Source: Iphione sp. A-MEVVRFRX5 (taxonomy: Eukaryota). Taken from it: 64,000 nt of DNA. The notes under the pieces are model-generated. The model saw nothing but the letters and a program-made list of their open reading frames with translations. It was not told where the DNA came from and made no database searches. The stretch spans positions 6,820,001 through 6,884,000 of the forward strand of contig OZ320313.1 in assembly GCA_976226885.1 (NCBI GenBank), in the 5' to 3' direction. Below are positions 24,529-37,299 of the stretch, in pieces (position 1 is the stretch's first letter; each line of letters opens with the position of its first letter). A program made the position numbers and the translations under genes.

Positions 24529-26739
24529 TAGATAGGGTGCCAGGTGGGAGACGAGAGTTGAGGGAAAGAGGTGAAAAAAGAAGGTGCAGCACAAACAATG
24601 GGAAACACGGGAGAGAGGCAGAGACGGCTTGGAGGAAATAGCGATAGGAGAAAGCCCAGAGGAAGTGTGAGAGCACAAACAGTGGGCGTTAAGGGAGAGG
24701 AGAAAACAGGGGCCTAGACAGAGGGAAAGAGAGTAGAGGAGAGGGGAGGGAATAACGGGAAAGATATACGAGGTGAGGAGAGAAAGGAGGGAAAGAAGGA
24801 AGAAAGGGAGTGATGAAAGAAAGAGAACCGTATTGCGAAGAAAATTGGGAAGATACGGAGTTGAACAGGCAAGAGCGATTAAAATTGACACGCTTATGTC
24901 TGTGGTAAAAAAAGGCCTCCGGTAGGAAAGTCATCAAATGGACAACCACAGATGACAGGAGAAACCGCAACCGGAGACGATACATGTCCAAGATGTAAAC
25001 ACATTTTCAGAATATTATCTTTTTCTCTAGATAGCTTCGTGGCCTTTTTTGCTATCCAATTTCAGTCAAGAAATACCATCTGCATCACGACATGAGAATG
25101 ATTTTGGTTGCAATCTAAAATAGCCATGTCTTTATCAAGTTGTTCTTTAAGCGTACTGTGGGTGGAATAAACTGTTTGAAGTGGTACTCTGGCAATGATG
25201 ATATATTTCCCCTTCTTGACTTCTAAGACATGTATGTTTATAATTCCTTTATGTATTCCGTGCAGAATTAATCAGAATATTTCTTCTTCTGAGCACGTAG
25301 GGACTAGAACATTGTAGGCACTTCATGTAGAAATCAGCCTGTATATCAGTATTCATATATTGGATTTATATTACAGCCAGTTAAAGAAAGGGGAAAGGTT
25401 AGGCTGTAGTTATTCTACTTTTATAATTCTTTTTATTCTCAGTTTTGCTTCTTTAATACATCACAGATATTGTCATAAACGAGGTACCTTATACACAGCC
25501 TCTGGACAGGGCAAAACGCAACCATCAGAGCCCCTATTTTATGCGTACTTGATGCCCAATATTTATACACAAGTAATCGGTTATTTCTTCATTTTATAAA
25601 AGTTTAGTCGAAAAGTCTGTTTCATTAGATACTTTATCATGATATTGAGGAGAACTGGAAGCCACATTTAAGGTTTCATTTGATTGTACCCATGCATCAG
25701 TGTAATGCATTTTGAGTCTGTGTAGTACTGTGAAAAGTTCATGCTTTGCTAATCTCCCAAACCACTGGAACACCATCCATGTAGCAAGTTCTGCACATGT
25801 TTGCCCTTTACACATCTGTGGCTAAGCATAGTTCTTTAAAAATCATGACACAAACATGGAGACACACCTGTGGAAAATGGAACACTTCCCATTCTAAAAC
25901 ATGGTGGCACACCCATGAAAACATGCTACATGCTACATTGGTACATGGATACACTCCTCCTATTATCATGTATTCCCCCAAATCATGCCACAGCCACATG
26001 CTGTACAAATACTACAATACAAGGAAAGGAAACATAATGCAGCAAACAGTATTAGAAATTGATCAAGACCAGACAGATTTACTGTAGCCCTAACCTAGGG
26101 TGGTCCACAACTCGTAAAAAGCCTGTGGGTGTATAGGATTCTGTCCCCTATGCACAAAAAGACCCCAGAAACCTATTCAAAATAAGAGTAGAGGGTAATC
26201 CTGGGTATTCTGATCTCTTAATTCTCAATTCTCAATAATAGATGGTAGTATGCTACCCCAGGAGGATATAGAAGATCCCTGTTATATGATAGGTGGATAT
26301 ATTCCTGGTAAAAGATGAAATGAAATGAACATACTGGACGTGAATTTCCCAGTGATTGATACCCCGGGAGGGAAAATATTCAGTAAGTATGATTCTAAAT
26401 GCTATATTCACCAATGCCAATGGAAAGGGAAGTTGAATGTTTGTCTTGGTTCAACCAGATACTTGCACTTCAGGATGATAAATAGCTCCACAACATTGAA
26501 TTGCCATCTTTCTGAACACCCCACCCTTCCCGGTTGAAAAGAGATATTACCAGTAAACAGCTTTGTAACTATCCTGTTGCGTATCTTACGAGCAGTCTTA
26601 GAAGGTGGTTTAAATGACCACTTTGGAACTGATAAATCTTAGCTACAAGATATACAGAAGCGGGTGAAATGAAGTGGGATGGGTCATAGATGAGAAGGAA
26701 AGGAGTTTGGGTTCAGGATGGGGATAGTAAACAGAAGCC

Positions 26740-27720
26740 TAAGGGTAGGTAGTAGGACTCATTCCGGATACAGGACACATACAGGAACGAGTTACAGTCA
26801 AGGGCAAGGTCTTGTGAAGGTTTCTCAGAGATCGCTAAGGTCAAGGATAGGTAATAGAGGTCAGGAACAGATATAGTAGAGGCCAGGGATAGGGAAAGGG
26901 AAGCCGGAGGTAAGTATTAGCAATCATTGATGGATGACAGATACATGTACTAGTTACAGTTAAAGGCAAGGTAGGGTGATGGTTTCTACGAAGTGGTAAA
27001 GGTCAGGGATGGGTAATACGGGTCAGGGACAGATAGTAGAGCCCAAGGATAGGAAAGGGAGGCCAGGGGTGGGGGTTTAGAACTCATGGATGGAGGGCAG
27101 GTACATATACCAGTTACAGTCAAGGGCAAGGTAGCATGATGGTTTCTACGAAGTGGTAAAGGTCAGCGATGGGTAATAGGGGTCAGGGACAGATAGTAGA
27201 GCCCAGGGATAGGAAAGGGAGGCCAGGGCTGTGGGTTTAGAACTCATGGATGGAGGGCAGGTACATATACCAGTTACAGTCAAGGGCAAGGTCGCGTGAT
27301 GGTTTCTACGAAGTGGTAAAGGTCAGTGATGGGTAATAGGGGTCAGGGACAGAGGCATAGGAAATAGAAACCAGGGGGGAGGGTTTTAGAACTCAAGGAT
27401 GGAGGGCAGGTACAAGTATCATGTACAGATAAGGGCAGAATCAGGTAAAGTTTGATGATTGGAAGTAAGAATCGGGATAGTTTCTAGAGATTAAGGTGCA
27501 TTCAGTCGAGGTCACGGATGGGAAATAGAGGAATATGCTTGGGGGGATAAGACCGGGGCAGGACACACAACCCAGATGCAGGTAATACATGCAGACAAGG
27601 GGTAGGTTCCGGATTAGGTTCCTGATAGACAGGACAGGTTAGAGTGAGGTAATAAAGGTCAGGGACAGGGCAATAGACGTGTCTGGTAGGTAGGAGAAGT
27701 TGAGGGAAGCTCACGTATAA
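26740..27720. repeat. Tandem array, about 160-bp unit, about 6 copies, degenerate edges
   Basis: gttacagt(c/t)aa(g/a)ggcaaggt recurs at about 26791, 26953, 27113 and 27273. Confidence 0.85.
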
Positions 27721-28706
27721 CAGACGAAGGCAATATGAACAGACAAGGGCGAGTAAGAATATTAAAATAATTGTTTGTTGTCCACAATGTATTTATTGCA
27801 ACATTTTTCAGAGAAAGGCATATGAAACCGTCCAATGTGTACAATATAATCAGAGAAGGGCAGCTTGAAAGGGCAATATTACTTTAACGTGTTGCAAGTT
27901 GACAGGACGTCTATGTTTATAACTTCACAAACGTAGTTCGGTCTCTTTTCTTTTTGACCAAACATCACGCTATTCTCCTCTATTATCGCCCCCTCCCCCT
28001 TGTGTACCATGTCCCTGAATAGCGTGCTGCTCGGTTGTCGTTAAGACAAAAGTAAGGCTATATATATATGAGTATGTACTAAACTTCTCTCTTAAAGTGT
28101 CATATTTAATTGCCTGACAGGCCATCTTCCTATATACAACTCTTCTTGATTTACTTACCAGTTTCGCTTTATTCCCTGGCACCATAGTGAGGGAAGCACA
28201 ATCTAGGAAACGCATGGATGTATACATATACATGTACATAATTATTTGTTTAGATATACGTATATGGTGTGTGTGATATCACACAGAGGTATAAACATGT
28301 AATGCAGTTACTGTCCAATCTGCTTTTCGTAGCAATATCTGATCCGAAACTTAGTAAACACTGAAACCAGAACAAATCCTAAGCCCTTTTCCTCTCATGC
28401 CAGGTCTAGTTCCACATCACCAGTGGATGTCTTAATACCAAATATTGTATTAGTTATAAGAAGTAGGGAAGCGGTATTTAGCATGTTAGATAATGGATGG
28501 TTTTCTCCCCATAACAAACGTACTTAACCGCTAAGAGGGCATGACATTTGCCACAACATTATTCTTAATGAAAGAAGATTCGGTTTTCATTCTTCTCATG
28601 GAACCTCTCTACTATGGACAGCAAAGGGACTGACCAAAAAGTGTCTATAAAGAAGGGTGTTTTTTATAGTAGGGGTATTTAAACATGCTTACATAGATTT
28701 GGTTCT

Positions 28707-28909
28707 TATCCACACACAACCAAGACGTAAGTTAGAAGAAATTTATTAACACATATCTTGGCTATGAAACACAGGGGGTTGACCCTCCCTGGAGCATACA
28801 CATATGGTATTACATTGTGATGCAAAATCGTTTGGCTATGACCTAGACAGGTTGATATACCTTGTAACAACATCCAAAGTCATATGCAAGTGATAATAAA
28901 CATGGGCCA
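28707..28909 (-). repeat. Split direct repeat B2 (3' terminus), contains AATAAA on the element strand
   Basis: 200/203 identical to B1. Confidence 0.95.
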
Positions 28910-28980
28910 AAACACATTTGTAGAAAATATGTGAATAATTTAAGAAATAAATAAGGTTAAACTTGGGTGGAGAGGGTGGG

Positions 28981-29104
28981 CAAGTGCTTGGAGCGTCTGC
29001 AGCTAAACTGACATGGCACACAGGCCTAGAGGGCTTTTATATGACTGCAGATACCCCACCTGGCTTGTGGATAACTAACTACCTTAGTCTGAAGGTACTT
29101 GCCC
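28981..29104 (-). repeat. Split direct repeat A2 (internal)
   Basis: 120/124 identical to A1. Confidence 0.95.
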
Positions 29105-29307
29105 TATCCGCACACAACCAAGACGTAAGTTAGAAGAAATTTATTAACACATATCTTGGCTATGAAACACAGGGGGTTGACCCTCCCTGGAGCATACACA
29201 TATGGTATTACATTGTGATGCGAAATCATTTGGCTATGACCTAGACAGGTTGATATACCTTGTAACAACATCCAAAGTCATATGCAAGTGATAATAAACA
29301 TGGGCCA
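29105..29307 (-). repeat. Split direct repeat B1, directly abutting A2
   Basis: Junction gtacttgccc|tatccgcacac on the plus strand. Confidence 0.95.
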
Positions 29308-29325
29308 GGCCAAAGAAAAAGCATT

Positions 29326-29719
29326 TCAAATGTTTTTGAAATGAGATGATGCCACGTATGACCTTAAGGCATCAGAAGTATAGACCAAGAAGGACGATGT
29401 AGAGGCCCAAGTGCCTTGGGCCCTGATCTCTTGGTCTGAGGCCCCTAGGGCCTGCAGGAGAGTGGCCCCTCCCCGCCTAAAGCTATGGAGTGAATAATTC
29501 TGGGCACTAATGCCTATCTTCTGCAAGAGGGCTCGAAGGGCTTTGTTAACCATGTCAACTGACAGCGGGGTATGGGTTAGAGGAATGGAGAAAAGGGGTT
29601 GGAGGGGTGCTGTGGTTGGAACGAGCTGGAACCACCTGTGAAGGGCTGCTACTGGGCAGAGTGGCGAGTTAGGGATAGCATGGACGTAAATAACCTTGGG
29701 AGAGTTTTTGTGGATAGTC
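29326..29719 (-). pseudogene. Tyrosine recombinase, C-terminal part only
   Basis: SPLCPVAAL, HSFRRGGAT (H-x-x-R), GTWAS and FLVY catalytic-box motifs; N-terminal domain, first catalytic Arg and catalytic Lys are absent. Confidence 0.9.
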
Positions 29720-31585
29720 GGAGCAAGGAGGAGCCTGGACGATGGTAATACCTGATGTAGGTGTTGGTCTGAGCCTGGAAGAGCCACAAAGCCCTAGAGG
29801 CAGCTTACAGGACTGGGTCATGGGCCCTACCTGTAGTGAAGGCTTGGACCGCTGATTGGTTGTCGCAGAATGCGTGTACTAATGTAGCACCCTGCCTTTT
29901 TGTAGAACACAATACTATAATGGCAAGAGCCAAGTTTAGGCCTTCAAGTTGCGCAATATTCATAGTAAGCATAGCTGGAAGCAAGGGCAGGGCATAAAAG
30001 AACTTACTGCTATATGCCCCGATCCCACAATGGGAGGCATCTGAGAATATGCAATCTGCTACTGGAGCATCAAGCGGGAAGTATGAGGTGCCTGTGAACA
30101 TGGGGATAAAATGTCGGAACCACTGGAGGTCCTTTTTGAACTGGTCTGTAACTTGAACATGGGATGAGCCTTGATGAATATCTGACCTATACTGGTTGAG
30201 GATTCGTGCTACGAACAGTCTCACTGGGGGAATACATTTTGCGATGTAATTGACTAGGCCGAGTAATTGCTGGACTTTTCTGTAGGTGATTTTTTTTACG
30301 AAATGAGAGGTATGTAGCCATTGTCAGCAACTTTTCTAACTTGTTGGGGGGAATGGTAATTGTGTGCTTAGTAAGGTCGAATGCGACCCCTAGCCAGGTA
30401 AAGGTGGTTGTCGGCCTAACAATTTTTTCTTTGGCTAGGACAAGGCCAAAGGACTGAATCTCGTGGACTACAGTGCTAAAGGCCTCTTGGGCCAGAGGGG
30501 CTTCGGTGACAAAGGTGTAGTCATCCAGATAAGCCAGGGGGAATAGACCGGGAACACAACGGGCACAATGGGAAACAATACGTTCTGAAATGTTTTGAAT
30601 AAAGGCTGATGAGTGGCGAGTGCCAAAGGGCAGCGAGAGATCAACGTAGTATGCTCTGTCAGATTTAATAACCAGGAGGGGCCAGTCCAGTGGGTCGACC
30701 CTGAACTGGCGGTATGCCCTGCTTAAGTCTAGAGTAAAAACTAGGGGTTTTATAAACCGGTTGAGGGCTGTAACCATATCTTGAGTAGTTGGAAGTGTGA
30801 TACATAATGGAAAGTCAAAATATGCGGCGTAGCGTATATAGGTATTGACATGATTTGCAGACAAGTCAAGGATGACCCTCCTATCATGCTCGCCCTTAGG
30901 GCGAGTCATGAGGGGAGACTGTACATACCATGGTTGAAACGGTGGGGCCTCATAAGGGCCCGAGATAGCCATTGCCGCCATTTCTTTAGATAAGTATTTC
31001 TGAATAGCGCCTGAAAATTGGGATGCTGAAGCATAGTTAGGAATTTCGGGGGCTACAAGGGGGGGGGATCTCGTAGCCAATAGGAAAACCATATCTCAAT
31101 GTATCATAGAGGAACCGATCGAAAGGAACATTCATGTCAAAAATTTTAAGAATATCTTGGTGGGTTATGCTCGAGGGCAACAAGGAACGAGCTTCTAGCA
31201 AGTTGCAGCGGCCTGTACATCTAACAACAGAGTAAATATGACCGTAGGGATGCTGAAAAACCGGGGCAATGTTAGGCCAATGGAGGAGGTGTATAATGGT
31301 GTGTTTGTCCAGTTGTGGGTATGGTACAGGTGACAGGTCTTGGAGGGTGAACGTCTCTGGAACTGCGGGGTCAAAGAGCTGCCCGTCGACCTCACTGCCA
31401 GTTGTCTTGCCGTCGTCTCTGCTGTTGAGGTTCTGGACACTTCTCATCTGCTCTGGGGGCTGCCCGGCGCTTCGTTCTACATACCTCTGGCCTATGTTCG
31501 AATTTTTTGTTATGAACGTAATAGCACACAGGACAACAATGTAATATTTCAAATTGTTCAGTTGCTGCGTCATGCTTAGTGTCAC
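29720..31585 (-). pseudogene. Reverse transcriptase-RNase H (DIRS-type pol), disrupted
   Basis: GFPIGY, SPLMTRPK, DLSRAYRQ, LPFG, YLDD; RNase H SDAS, QLEGLN, FCDNQSAV; +1 frameshifts at a C9 run (31059-31067) and an A8 run (30290-30297); TAA at 29805-29807; truncated after YHRPG. Confidence 0.92.
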
Positions 31586-32296
31586 ATTTACCTGTCACCC
31601 ATGCTGGGCATATCATGACTCGAGACTTGGTTGTAGGGACATCTTGATGCGAGAATTATACAAGAACTCTGATATAGACCTCATCTTGGTCTGCTGACTC
31701 ACATAATCATTGTCCCAGGAAAAATGACCAATATTATAACTATGCCATAATTCTGAGACCCACGTGCTCAAAGGTGGCCATGGGGTGGCTATATGGTCTA
31801 TTGCAATGTCACGAACATGCTTGATCATTTTGTCTTTAGAAATAGTGGCTGGGCAGTCCTTGTCATAGGCTAGATAAATGGTGCCCGCCACGTACTGGGG
31901 AAACGACATATTCGCTACCTCCTTCTTAGTCTTTGGTGGAAACCTCATGTATGTAGCTGGAGATATTGTCTTTTTACCTTTAACTGGCAAAGAGTCGGGA
32001 TATATGGCAGCTGCTAGTTTTTCTGAGAGCCCAGCGCCCTCAGAGCGGAGCTGGCTGGGAGGAGAGTCGTCCTCGTTGGAGTCCCCGTCATCGTTGTCCT
32101 CGTCCTCACCGTCACGCTTGGTAGAGTTGCCGGTGTCCGGCATGGCGTCGGTGACCTTGGCTGCTTTTGACTTGGACCTTGGACCCGCTGGTGATGCATT
32201 GGTGGTCTCCTCAAGCTTGACAATTCTCTGGACAACCTGGTCCAGGTAGGTAGCTATATCATTGACTTTCGTCAGTAGCTCCTCTTCCATTGCCAC
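31392..32296 (-). pseudogene. Gag-like ORF1 with C-terminal Cys/His zinc knuckle, one frameshift near 31650
   Basis: ORF 31613-32296 plus ORF 31392-31616 (CPAWVTGKC...H-C-C-xx-C...H...C); overlaps the pol ORF in another frame as in DIRS elements. Confidence 0.75.
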
Positions 32297-32400
32297 GAAA
32301 ATAAAGCGTGGTTGGAGACTGAATACACGTAAGGTGACCAGCGGTCACAGCGGGGCTACAACGGTCACGGGTCAGTGGCTGCCTGCCGAGCTGACCGGTC

Positions 32401-32524
32401 CAAGTGCTTGGAGCGTCTGCAGCTAAACTGACGTGGCACGCAGGCCTAGAGGGCTTTTATATGACTGCAGACGCCCCACCTGGCTTGTGGATAACTAACT
32501 ACCTTAGTCTGAAGGTACTTGCCC
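32401..32524 (-). repeat. Split direct repeat A1 (5' terminus) with TATA-like ATATAAAA
   Basis: Plus-strand ttttatat at 32456-32463. Confidence 0.95.
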
Positions 32525-35500
32525 ATTTGCAGCCTGTACCTGATATGAGGTGTCCTTCATAGAGGGTATCCTTAGTGGAGGGGTTCCATTGTACTACAAT
32601 TTTTTAAAATCCATTTCAGTCAAATGTGAAACGTCATTACATTATTCTCTAATACTGTGAAGAGGACAGAGAGTCCTTGAAGAAGATTCGATTACAGTGA
32701 CATAAGATAGAGTTTCCCTATCACATAATTGTTTGTCGGAAACTTAACAGATTATTCCTATAACAATCTGTCAGTGACAACAATAATAGGGGCTTTACAA
32801 TATGGTATCATGCATTACAGTCTCGCTGTCAAAACATATCTGCAGCAACTGTTAAACTATAATATTTAAATAGGAATTTGGGTACATCCATTTGAAAACT
32901 ATCATTCATTAAATGTCCTTATTCACTTCAGTTGAAATCCACCATAATTGTCTAAAATTCCTTTATTAACGGAAACAGTTGAATTTACTATGTGTACATA
33001 ATTCCAGATCGTAAAAAAAAAACAATATTTTTATCTCACAGATACACTTAGCATGACGATGGAGACTAATGATGATAAACCATCAAAGAACCTACTCAAT
33101 TCTATTCAGAATATTGACACTCCTTCTATCAAGGAATACAGAGATGCATCATGTTGATAAACATGTGGAATTTTCGTGCGTCTGGGGAGAGGGGGGGGGG
33201 GGGAGGAGTAGGCGGAGGAGCAGTTGAGTGAGGAGGGGGAGGTGGGGTTGGGTTAACAGCATAGCGGAAGGTGGGATCGTAAACAGTCTTTTCAGGGAAC
33301 CACCTCAATATGTCCATTCCTGTCTTGCGTGCCATTCGCGCTCATGAATGCCATTAAAGTCAAAGCCTCCATATATCACATCAGGAGAAAGGTATGTGTA
33401 TCTATCTACCGACAACGCATATGCCATTCCATCCACCCCCTCCTCTACCTCCTCCCTCGCCCTCCTCTACCTCCTCTCCCTCCCTTTCCCCCACCTCCCG
33501 CCCACCCCTCCTCTAACTACTCCCCCCTCCTCCACCTCCTCTCCCTCCCCCACCTCAACCTCCTCCTCCCTCCTCCTCTCCCCCTCCCCCCTCGCGTGCC
33601 TGCCAGCACCAGCCAACGTTACATCACAGGTACTAGAACAGGTGTGCCCCATGCCTCTCTTATCAGCATCTTGTAAGAAGGCCAGAGTTCGCATGTTGTC
33701 ACTCCAGATCTGGGAAACAGGTGTGCCTTATGGTCAACTCTACAGCCTGGTGTGGAGAAGAAAGATATCTGTAATAAAAATAAAACGAAAGCTAAGATAA
33801 GTCAGATAAGAATTCATAGCTGGGCGAGATGTGCGCATGTAAGTTTCGATCAGATGCCAGAGCATATGTCATGTATGTGTGTATGTGTATATCTGTGTAG
33901 GAATGTAGTTAAGACAGAGAAAGAGAAAGAGATAGTGGCAGAGGGAAACAGGCAGAGGCAGAGATAGACAAACAGGCTGGCAGACAGACAAAGAAACTCA
34001 AAGAGGTAAAGAAAGAGAGACTGAAATCAAAGGTTAGAGGGATAGCAGAATAGGGATTAACACAAGGCCAGAGAGACTGTGACAAATGGAGATAGAAAGG
34101 CAGAAAGGCAATTGTTACGTGACTATCCTGAAGACTGAACATTTAGCATGAAGTAATCTACTGCAACATGCCACCAAGCCGTTCTGACTAGGTAGTTGGA
34201 GAATGGTGCATTCCATAGGCTTTCACAAAAGTTAACTCTAATAGTACTAGTTTTATAAGGTGTTATATTCTTTTATTGCAGTCTCATCTTTGTAGAGGAG
34301 TGAAGTTTTTCATAAGGGTTTAAGAGTGATTTTAATAGACTAGAGTTGAGCAAAGTGTACAAAACTATGTGCACATATACAACAAACCTGACAATAATGC
34401 TACAGAGTAATATGGCAGAAGAACAACAATGATATTCGTACAGATATGTAGGTATATAAACAAATACGCCAGGGATGTGTGCCGTGGCCAGTAATCATAG
34501 AAGTATGTAAGAAGTCAGTGATACTACTTGATATGAACAATAAACACCTTTCTAAATGTCAATACGTAAGTAGACAGTACGCCAACTTTACTCCTAATAC
34601 CATCCCTTACTCACTAAACTGCACCCCTATATACAATGTATATAATGTAATACTGTTGTAGTAGTGGTGGCCTTCACCAGGTATCATCAAGCAAGTATTC
34701 CGCCTGGCCACGCAGAGGGGCCTGCCATTCCTCTTGTCAATCGCAGGTCCCTCAATTACAAGCATTTTTTGGTTCCTTTCAATTTTGTAAATGGTAGGAG
34801 ATTTGTGAGTTAAGGGAAAATATTTGATCGAGTTCCAACCACACCTTTTCTCAAAAGCCAGTCGGTTAAGGGGTATTGTCAGATATGAAGGCTGTCAGTT
34901 ATGGAGGGATGACTGAATTCTTCAATGAACATGAAACACTATCTCTGGGCATGTCCTTAGTGGAGAACAAACATAACACTGCTATTCAAGGAAGACGAGT
35001 GATTTTTATTGAATGATCTTTGAATAAATTGTCAGGTTACCGTGCAATAAGGTTCTTACTTATTTTAATGATCCACTATTTATCTTTACAGTTTAAATAC
35101 GGAAAGAACCTTGTAGCATTAACTCTCTTCTGCTTAAAAATGTTCAAAAGCAATGTAGGCCTACGTATAATCTTGGAGCTAAGAATAACACCAGGGTAAT
35201 CAAACATACACACCCCACCCCCACTAAAAACGAATCTGACGAGGTGCACTCCCTCATTCACAAAACTATTTGTGGTTTTATGAACAGCGGGATCATTAGC
35301 AACATGCTGACTTTATAAATAACAAAGTTCATGACTTCTCTGAGATATAATTGAGGCATCATTAGTAAGAACAGGATCTGAAATAAAAAAAACATCTCCC
35401 ACCTTGGAGTGTCTTTGCTGAATAAACAAGTACAGTAAGGTCATCATGACACAATCTGTCATATATATATATATACATGCCCTTCAGCATTCTTAGTAAT

Positions 35501-37299
35501 TACTCTGCCGAGAAAAAGGAGGAAGGATATTCATAACACCTGTAAAAACAGAATTAATGAGCGTTTAGAAGTGTTTATCAAAGGCCTTTGACACTGGGTA
35601 CAATGGTTTGACCTTAATAGCGTAAAAGATAAGCTGAAATTTGCCTAATTGAGGCATTTGGATCATTTGCGGTGAATATATCCGCATATTTAATAAGAGG
35701 ATATTTCCTCTCACGTAGGAATATGATGAGTAGACCTCTTTTCTGTTATTTTGGAGGCATTTATGTCTATGGAAGATTTACAGGAACGTCCGATCTGCAC
35801 ATTATGCTTGACATTATACATATCCGTATGTCCGCCTTTGTAAATTTCAGGATGTTTGAACTGATTTGTATCTCGGGAAACAGAAAACATATCGGGCAGA
35901 AATGAAAAGGGGTGGTGGAAAAATTAGCCAGGTTCTAATATACAAGAAAAGCTGTGAGCACTGTTTTATGGGTACCTGATAGCCGCCTAATTATTAAGGT
36001 GTCCTGGGTTCAGCCTATAATATGCATTTAGCTTCCTTAAAGGTGCATAGGCAGCAGCAAGTATTGGACACGTCAGGGTCACATTCTACCATTGCAGCAG
36101 TGGGGAGGGGGGTTGGGTATCGAAGACACTCTAGTCGGACATTTCTAGGAATATTATCATGCCAGAAAGGCTCTTGTGGTCCAAGTTTCGCCTGGCTTCC
36201 CTATAGGAAGCTTAGGTGGACAAGAGCTCAAAATGACTTAGGTGGGCAAGGGCCCTAGGTAAATTTTACCCTCGGTTGCGGCTGGCTCCTCATGGACTAG
36301 TCCTTCCTAATACATAAAAACTCCCGAATTTGTACCGCTACTGGCCACAAGATTATGGCAGAAAGTTACAGTGAAATGTAATGATTAGTGCTTTATAAAA
36401 ACACCACGATATTTTGGTAACTGGACTACCCAGATTGGAAAACACATACTGTATATGTATATTATCTCTCTCTCTCTATATATATATAGAACAGTTTCCT
36501 ATACAATGCTCAATTCACAGTACCAAGAAGAATAGACATGCAGACAGGAAAACATATACATGTATAAGAAATTAGATACACATATAGATGTATCTCATAT
36601 AATAAGTATATATCAAAGACCTGGTGATGGTAAAAGTGGAAGCATACAGGTTATGATGTTTGTTTCCAAAAGAGATATACATTTAAAGGATTGATGCTTT
36701 AATATGCTCTATGTATAAGTATTCCTTTATTATTTCAGTTTTAGATACCAAACCAGAGAAAAGCCCTAGATTTAGGTAGACTTTTCAACTCGATGTTCCT
36801 GGCTTCATAGACGCATTACCTGGACGAGTCTACAATTTCGGTGAAGGTTCTCCAAACGAACTGTTCTCACTAGAATAATAACCACTTATTATCGGACCAT
36901 CTTCGAAGGGATGCATAGCATCCTCCCGCCCTCCCTTGCATCCTCCCACCCTCCTCACGCCCACCCACCCTCCCCGACCACCCACCAACGTTCCCAGTGT
37001 TGAACTAAGTTGGCGAGAGATGGATGGCCGTAGCGTGTTGAAGTCGGTCCGGGTGTCATGGCAACAATCAAGCAGCGGAAATGGCCTGGTGCCTGCCTGG
37101 CTCCTCCATTGGGCAGACACGCTGGGGGTCAACCCTGGATGCCCAGCTTCACACCTGGGAAAACCGGCCTGAGCTTCCAGGGGCCTCCAGGCATGGTTGG
37201 CCCATTGACTGCCCCTTTAACCACTGGGTCCCGGGCCCTTCCATGAGAGCTGCTACTCAGTGATGCGGTTGCAATCTACATGTAAGATTTAGATGTAGC

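Larger units (their letters stand above)
28707..32524 (-). mobile_element. Tyrosine-recombinase retrotransposon (DIRS order, Ngaro/PAT-like split direct repeats), defective
   Basis: A repeat 32401-32524 = 28981-29104 (124 bp); B repeat 29105-29307 = 28707-28909 (203 bp); element order A1-ORFs-B1-A2-B2; gag, RT, RNase H and YR motifs present. Confidence 0.95.
28597..32591. mobile_element. 178-bp TA-MITE split in two (28597-28706 and 32525-32591) by the DIRS/Ngaro insertion
   Basis: Left half matches the first 110 bp and right half the last 67 bp of the 56636 copy; ends ggggttccattg-ta. Confidence 0.85.

Noticed and set aside
24100-24991. Leu/Ser-rich and Arg/Glu-rich ORFs of 95-263 aa
   Set aside because: Translations of (GA)n tracts and N gaps
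31878-32249. Plus-strand 123-aa ORF
   Set aside because: Antisense shadow of the gag ORF
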